Shown piece by piece: positions 60,752-64,000 of a DNA stretch of 64,000 nt (position 1 is the first letter of the stretch; the number at the start of each line of letters is the position of its first letter). The stretch is from Elusimicrobiales bacterium (GTDB lineage: Bacteria > Elusimicrobiota > Elusimicrobia > Elusimicrobiales > UBA9959), in contig JAMPXK010000006.1 in the NCBI GenBank assembly GCA_023701245.1, positions 3,152 through 67,151 of the forward strand. The letters run 5' to 3'. Below the pieces are notes generated by a model, which saw nothing but the letters and a program-made list of their open reading frames with translations, was not told where the DNA came from and searched no databases. Both the position numbers and the translations under genes were made by a program.

Positions 60752-62035
60752 CTACTGCGCCAGCTTGTATGGGTCTTCGGTAACGCTGAGCATGTACATG
60801 GCTGCCTTGACGTTCCTGGGGACGGCCTTGCCTATCATGGCCGCGCCCGGGTAAAAAGTTGTCCCTTCCAGTTCCGTGGTGAACGCGAAGACGCCGCGCT
60901 TCTCATAGGCCCAGTCCATGGTGTCGCCCGTGGCCACGTAAAGGTCGCTGGCCTGCTGGGGCCTGTAGCCGGTGGCGGCGGCCATGGCCTTGGCCATGGT
61001 CTCGAAAACCTTGCGGTCGCGGGCGCTCTCTACCGGAGTGCTTTTGCCCGCCCAGGGGTACAGCAGGAGGCTGGAGTAGGAATGATAGCTCATCAGCGTC
61101 CGTAACCCGGGCCTGGTTTCTATAAAGGCCTTTACCGCCAGAGTTTCGGGTTCGGAGAAAGCGTAGGGCCCGCAATAGGTGTCGGCGCCGGGCGAATGGG
61201 AGGCGCCGGCCTGGCACCAGCGGGAGTCGTAGTTGCGGTTCAGGTCCACCCCTATGCTCTTGTCCGGGTTGACGCGCGCGTTCTTGCGGTGCCAGCGGTA
61301 TTTCCCGGTCTGGAGGTCGTATTCCGCGCCGTCGGGGTTGGTCATCGGGGCGACGTAGATGTCCAGGGTGTCGAGGTACCTGCGTATCTCGGGATCGGTC
61401 TTGCGCTCGAGCAGGTAGGCGGCCACGCCCAGAGCTACTTCGTTGGAAAGGTGCTCGCGGCCGTGGTGGTTGCCCATAAAGAACGCGGCCGGCCTGGCCG
61501 ACGGGGCTTCCCCCTTCTCGGCCGGGTTTATGCGCAGGCACCAGATGTCCCGGCCCTGCACGGTTTTGCCCAGGGAGAAGAGCGAGGTTTCCGCCGGGTT
61601 GGCGGCCGCCAGGGCCCGCAGTTCCTCCAGCGTCTCGGCGTAATTGTGATAGGGCGCGTCGGCCGCCGGGAAATCCTTGAGGTGGTTTTTGGCGTAGTCC
61701 CGGATGGGCTGGCGGCTTTTGACGAAAAAGCCTTTCGCGGCCAGTTGCTCCATGGCCGTTTTCTCTATAAGGCCTGAAACGAAGCCTTCGCGGATCTCCG
61801 CGATATCCAGCCCGGCCGCGAGCAGCGCGGTGCGGTCGAATTTGTCCTCGGCGGCTACCGTGACCCAGTAGCGCGTGTCCGCCGCCAGGTGATCGAACGC
61901 TCCCGGCAGCCGCGGTTCAGGCGCGGGCGCGGCGGCCCGGGGGCCCGCGGCCTGCTCCAGCTGGGCATACGGGCCAAGGCAGAAAGCGAGAGGCGCGTTA
62001 AAGGCGAGGGCGGCGGCAAGGAGGTTTTTTTTCAT
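60752..62035 (-). CDS. M14-family zinc carboxypeptidase, secreted
   Basis: Start ATG 62035 (MKKNLLAAALAF signal peptide). HHGREH zinc motif, YHSYSSLLLYPW, TTELEG. Confidence 0.8.
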   Translation of the reverse strand: MKKNLLAAALAFNAPLAFCLGPYAQLEQAAGPRAAAPAPEPRLPGAFDHLAADTRYWVTVAAEDKFDRTALLAAGLDIAEIREGFVSGLIEKTAMEQLAAKGFFVKSRQPIRDYAKNHLKDFPAADAPYHNYAETLEELRALAAANPAETSLFSLGKTVQGRDIWCLRINPAEKGEAPSARPAAFFMGNHHGREHLSNEVALGVAAYLLERKTDPEIRRYLDTLDIYVAPMTNPDGAEYDLQTGKYRWHRKNARVNPDKSIGVDLNRNYDSRWCQAGASHSPGADTYCGPYAFSEPETLAVKAFIETRPGLRTLMSYHSYSSLLLYPWAGKSTPVESARDRKVFETMAKAMAAATGYRPQQASDLYVATGDTMDWAYEKRGVFAFTTELEGTTFYPGAAMIGKAVPRNVKAAMYMLSVTEDPYKLAQ

Positions 62036-62133
62036 TGAGGACCTGTTATGGAAATATAGCAAAACCGAGGGCTTGCGGGCCATGTTTTTAAGGTATAATA
62101 TCCGTGGCGTACTAAGACGAACTTGGAGGCATT

Positions 62134-63021
62134 TTGAAACGCAACTTGCTGTTCGCCGTACTTGCCCTGACCGCCGCAGGTTTCTGGTTCCCTTCTTCCG
62201 CGCAGGACCTGCCGAGCCTCGAACAATTCTACTCCGCCCTTCCCGGGCAGGAAGCGCCGCCTTCCCCCGCCATTCCCTTCCGCGCCGCAGCCTATCTGGC
62301 CGGCGCGGTTTCTGTTAACGGCGAGAAACTTTTTCAGTACCTGCACGAGGCCACCGAGTATCCCGTACTTGGGACCGGCACGGATTACCTTAAAGCCAAG
62401 AAGTACATGTTCTCCGTCGCCGACAATACCGGGTGCGGCGGGCGCCCGGGCGTTACCTGCGCTTATTCCCTGATCTGCGTCCCCGGGGCCAGCGAGCACG
62501 GCGCCGACTACAAGGAGCCGGGCGACGCCAACGGCGACGGCATCCAGGACAGGGACGGGATGAACGCGGAACATGTCTGGCCGCAGGGGTTCTTCGACGA
62601 AGCCAAGCCCATGAAGTCCGACCTGCATCACATTTTCCCCACCTTCATTACCGTCAACAACATGCGGGGCAGCCAGCCTTTCGGTGAAGTCTCCAGCCCC
62701 GTCTACGGCACCAACAGCGGCTCGCAGTTGGGCGATGACGGCTTCGAACCGGCCGACGCCGTCAAGGGCGACGTGGCCCGCGCCATGCTCTATTTCGTAC
62801 TGCGCTACCACGACCGCTCTATTCGCGACGGCGTGGATTACGCCGATTTCTGGAAGAACCGCGTCCCGCTGTTCATGAAATGGCACCTCCAGGACCCACC
62901 CGACGCCGCCGAGCGCCGCCGCAACGACCTGATAGATTCCTACCAGGGCAACCGCAATCCCTTCGTGGACGATCCCCGGCTTGTGGAAAAGATAGGCCTG
63001 AAGGTTTTCCAGGCGCATTGA
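62134..63021 (+). CDS. Extracellular endonuclease I family, paralog 2
   Basis: NAEHVWPQGFF, DLHHIFPTF, KGDVARAMLYF, GNRNPFVD. TTG start 4 nt after GGAGG. Signal peptide. TATAAT at 62094-62099. Confidence 0.82.
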   Translation: MKRNLLFAVLALTAAGFWFPSSAQDLPSLEQFYSALPGQEAPPSPAIPFRAAAYLAGAVSVNGEKLFQYLHEATEYPVLGTGTDYLKAKKYMFSVADNTGCGGRPGVTCAYSLICVPGASEHGADYKEPGDANGDGIQDRDGMNAEHVWPQGFFDEAKPMKSDLHHIFPTFITVNNMRGSQPFGEVSSPVYGTNSGSQLGDDGFEPADAVKGDVARAMLYFVLRYHDRSIRDGVDYADFWKNRVPLFMKWHLQDPPDAAERRRNDLIDSYQGNRNPFVDDPRLVEKIGLKVFQAH

Positions 63022-63047
63022 CCGGCCGGGCAGGAGCCCGCCGCGCG

Positions 63048-63076
63048 AGCCCCGCTTTTCGCGGGGCTTTTTATTT
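63048..63076 (+). terminator. Rho-independent terminator after endonuclease I paralog 2
   Basis: AGCCCCGC-ttttc-GCGGGGCT followed by TTTTATTT. The T-tract overlaps the stop codon of the convergent M28 gene. Confidence 0.8.
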
Positions 63077-64000
63077 GGGTAAAGGCGTAAGGCGGACTTT
63101 GCCGGCGACTACCGCCAGGTTGAGCCGCACCAGTTGGGCGGCATAGTCCCAGGAAAGGGACTCCAGCTTGTCGCAGGCTTTGTGGTAGCAGGGGTTGTGG
63201 TCGTCCCAGTGCTCTATGGACAGGTACGTGGGGATGCCGGCTTCCAGGAAAGGGACATGGTCGCTGCCCCAAGCCGGCATGGCGATGTAAGGCTGCAGTT
63301 TGGTGTAGGTCCTGGCGAGCGACCCCACCCAGTCGGCGTGGGCCGAAAATTCCTTATTGGTCTCTATCTCCAGGATCCCGTCGCGGTTCCAGGCGATCAT
63401 GTCCATGTTCACGGCCCAGGCGATCCGGGAAAGCTCGCCGGATTCCTTCAGCTTTTTAACGCAGGCGTAGCCGCCGGCTATGCCGGTCTCCTCGCCGTTG
63501 GCCGCCACGAAGATAAGGTCGTGGTCCGCCTTGTAATTGGAAAGGACCTTGGCCATCTCCAGCACCCCGGCCGAACCGGAGGCGTTGTCGTCGGCACCGG
63601 CGTTCTCATGTCCCACGGAATCCATGTGGCCTATGACCAGAAAGGCCTTAGCCCCCGCGGGGCCCGCTTTGCGGCGCGCTAGGATGTTGCATTCCTTGTC
63701 CGCCTTGCGGTTCTTGTAGCACTGGCGTTCCACGGCGTAGCCCATGCCCGCGAACTGCGCGGCGATGTAGTCCATGGCGGCCCTGTTGCCGGAAGCCGCG
63801 GACAGGTCCAGGGAGCCGGCGCTGCGCTTGCCCGTCATGGTGATGGCCTCGGCGTAGCCCATGAGCCGGCGGCTGTCTATCCCGTCCAGCAGGGAGAGTA
63901 CCGCCGGGTCGGCGGCTTTTTCCTCGCCCTTTGGCGCGGGGCCGTTGTACACTTCTCCCGGCGAGACCAGGCGCAGGCGCGCGGCCAGGGCCGGCGGCAG
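63071..64000 (-). CDS. M28-family zinc aminopeptidase (5' end probably beyond the window)
   Basis: GHMDSVG...GADDNASG...NGEETG...HWDDH... metal-ligand pattern of M28 peptidases. The frame stays open from the GTG at 63952 up to the window edge. Confidence 0.78.
   Translation of the reverse strand: MPPALAARLRLVSPGEVYNGPAPKGEEKAADPAVLSLLDGIDSRRLMGYAEAITMTGKRSAGSLDLSAASGNRAAMDYIAAQFAGMGYAVERQCYKNRKADKECNILARRKAGPAGAKAFLVIGHMDSVGHENAGADDNASGSAGVLEMAKVLSNYKADHDLIFVAANGEETGIAGGYACVKKLKESGELSRIAWAVNMDMIAWNRDGILEIETNKEFSAHADWVGSLARTYTKLQPYIAMPAWGSDHVPFLEAGIPTYLSIEHWDDHNPCYHKACDKLESLSWDYAAQLVRLNLAVVAGKVRLTPLPK

Noticed and set aside
106-63018. Many very long ORFs antisense to the called genes. Examples: 106-2118 (+), 6246-7955 (-), 8855-10162 (+), 10048-11199 (+), 11171-12724 (+), 12724-13908 (+), 13688-16042 (+), 16532-18241 (+), 18615-20171 (+), 21801-23852 (+), 28912-30807 (+), 36745-37959 (-), 43129-44355 (+), 47024-48286 (+), 48532-49956 (+), 51265-52557 (-), 52542-53729 (+), 53955-55292 (+), 56708-57604 (-), 62032-63018 (-).
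   Set aside because: Each lies opposite an ORF with clear family motifs. Their translations are low-complexity G/A/R/H/V/L-rich strings without recognisable motifs. Long open antisense frames are expected in DNA this GC-rich because stop codons are rare.

Overview
GC-rich (by eye about two-thirds G+C), densely coding 64-kb window. It looks like chromosome from an anaerobic, fermentative, outer-membrane-bearing bacterium; two TonB-dependent receptors are present. I found no rRNA, tRNA, CRISPR array, transposase or integrase. Most long ORFs antisense to the calls below are high-GC shadow frames. Gene content, left to right: (1) lysine-fermentation genes kdd-kce-CoA-transferase A/B (minus strand); (2) Mrp/ApbC, a secreted Cys-rich protein and an SbcF/SbcE (YhaO/YhaN)-like nuclease/SMC-like ATPase pair; (3) a 13-gene minus-strand hydrogen module: REC, Rex, bifurcating-type [FeFe] hydrogenase HydC-HydB-HydA, a sensory hydrogenase-like histidine kinase, REC, REC-HK and the maturases HydG-HydE-HydF; (4) a TIGR03545/03546-like membrane pair and MntP; (5) an operon PspC - TonB-dependent receptor - periplasmic binding protein - Cache/HAMP/PAS kinase - REC - GAF protein with a C-terminal Cys/His module; (6) a GlpA-like flavoprotein trio and a lipoprotein MsrB; (7) a six-gene Ehr-type (hydrogenase-related, NiFe-cysteine-less) membrane complex; (8) PepF, WrbA, a multi-PAS kinase and two DEAD-box helicases; (9) a secreted nuclease/peptidase neighbourhood with a second TonB receptor/binding-protein pair. 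The most unusual signal is non-coding. It is a family of intergenic nested-hairpin elements with conserved loops, compensatory stem changes and copy-specific perfectly complementary 20-29 bp arms. These elements fill every long intercistronic gap of the hydrogenase sensor/maturase cluster. Other points worth follow-up: the H2-sensor phosphorelay has no DNA-binding output, HydA, HydG and HydF carry non-canonical cluster motifs, and several genes have leaderless-type promoter/start geometry. All homology statements rest on motif reading and memory, not on database searches.
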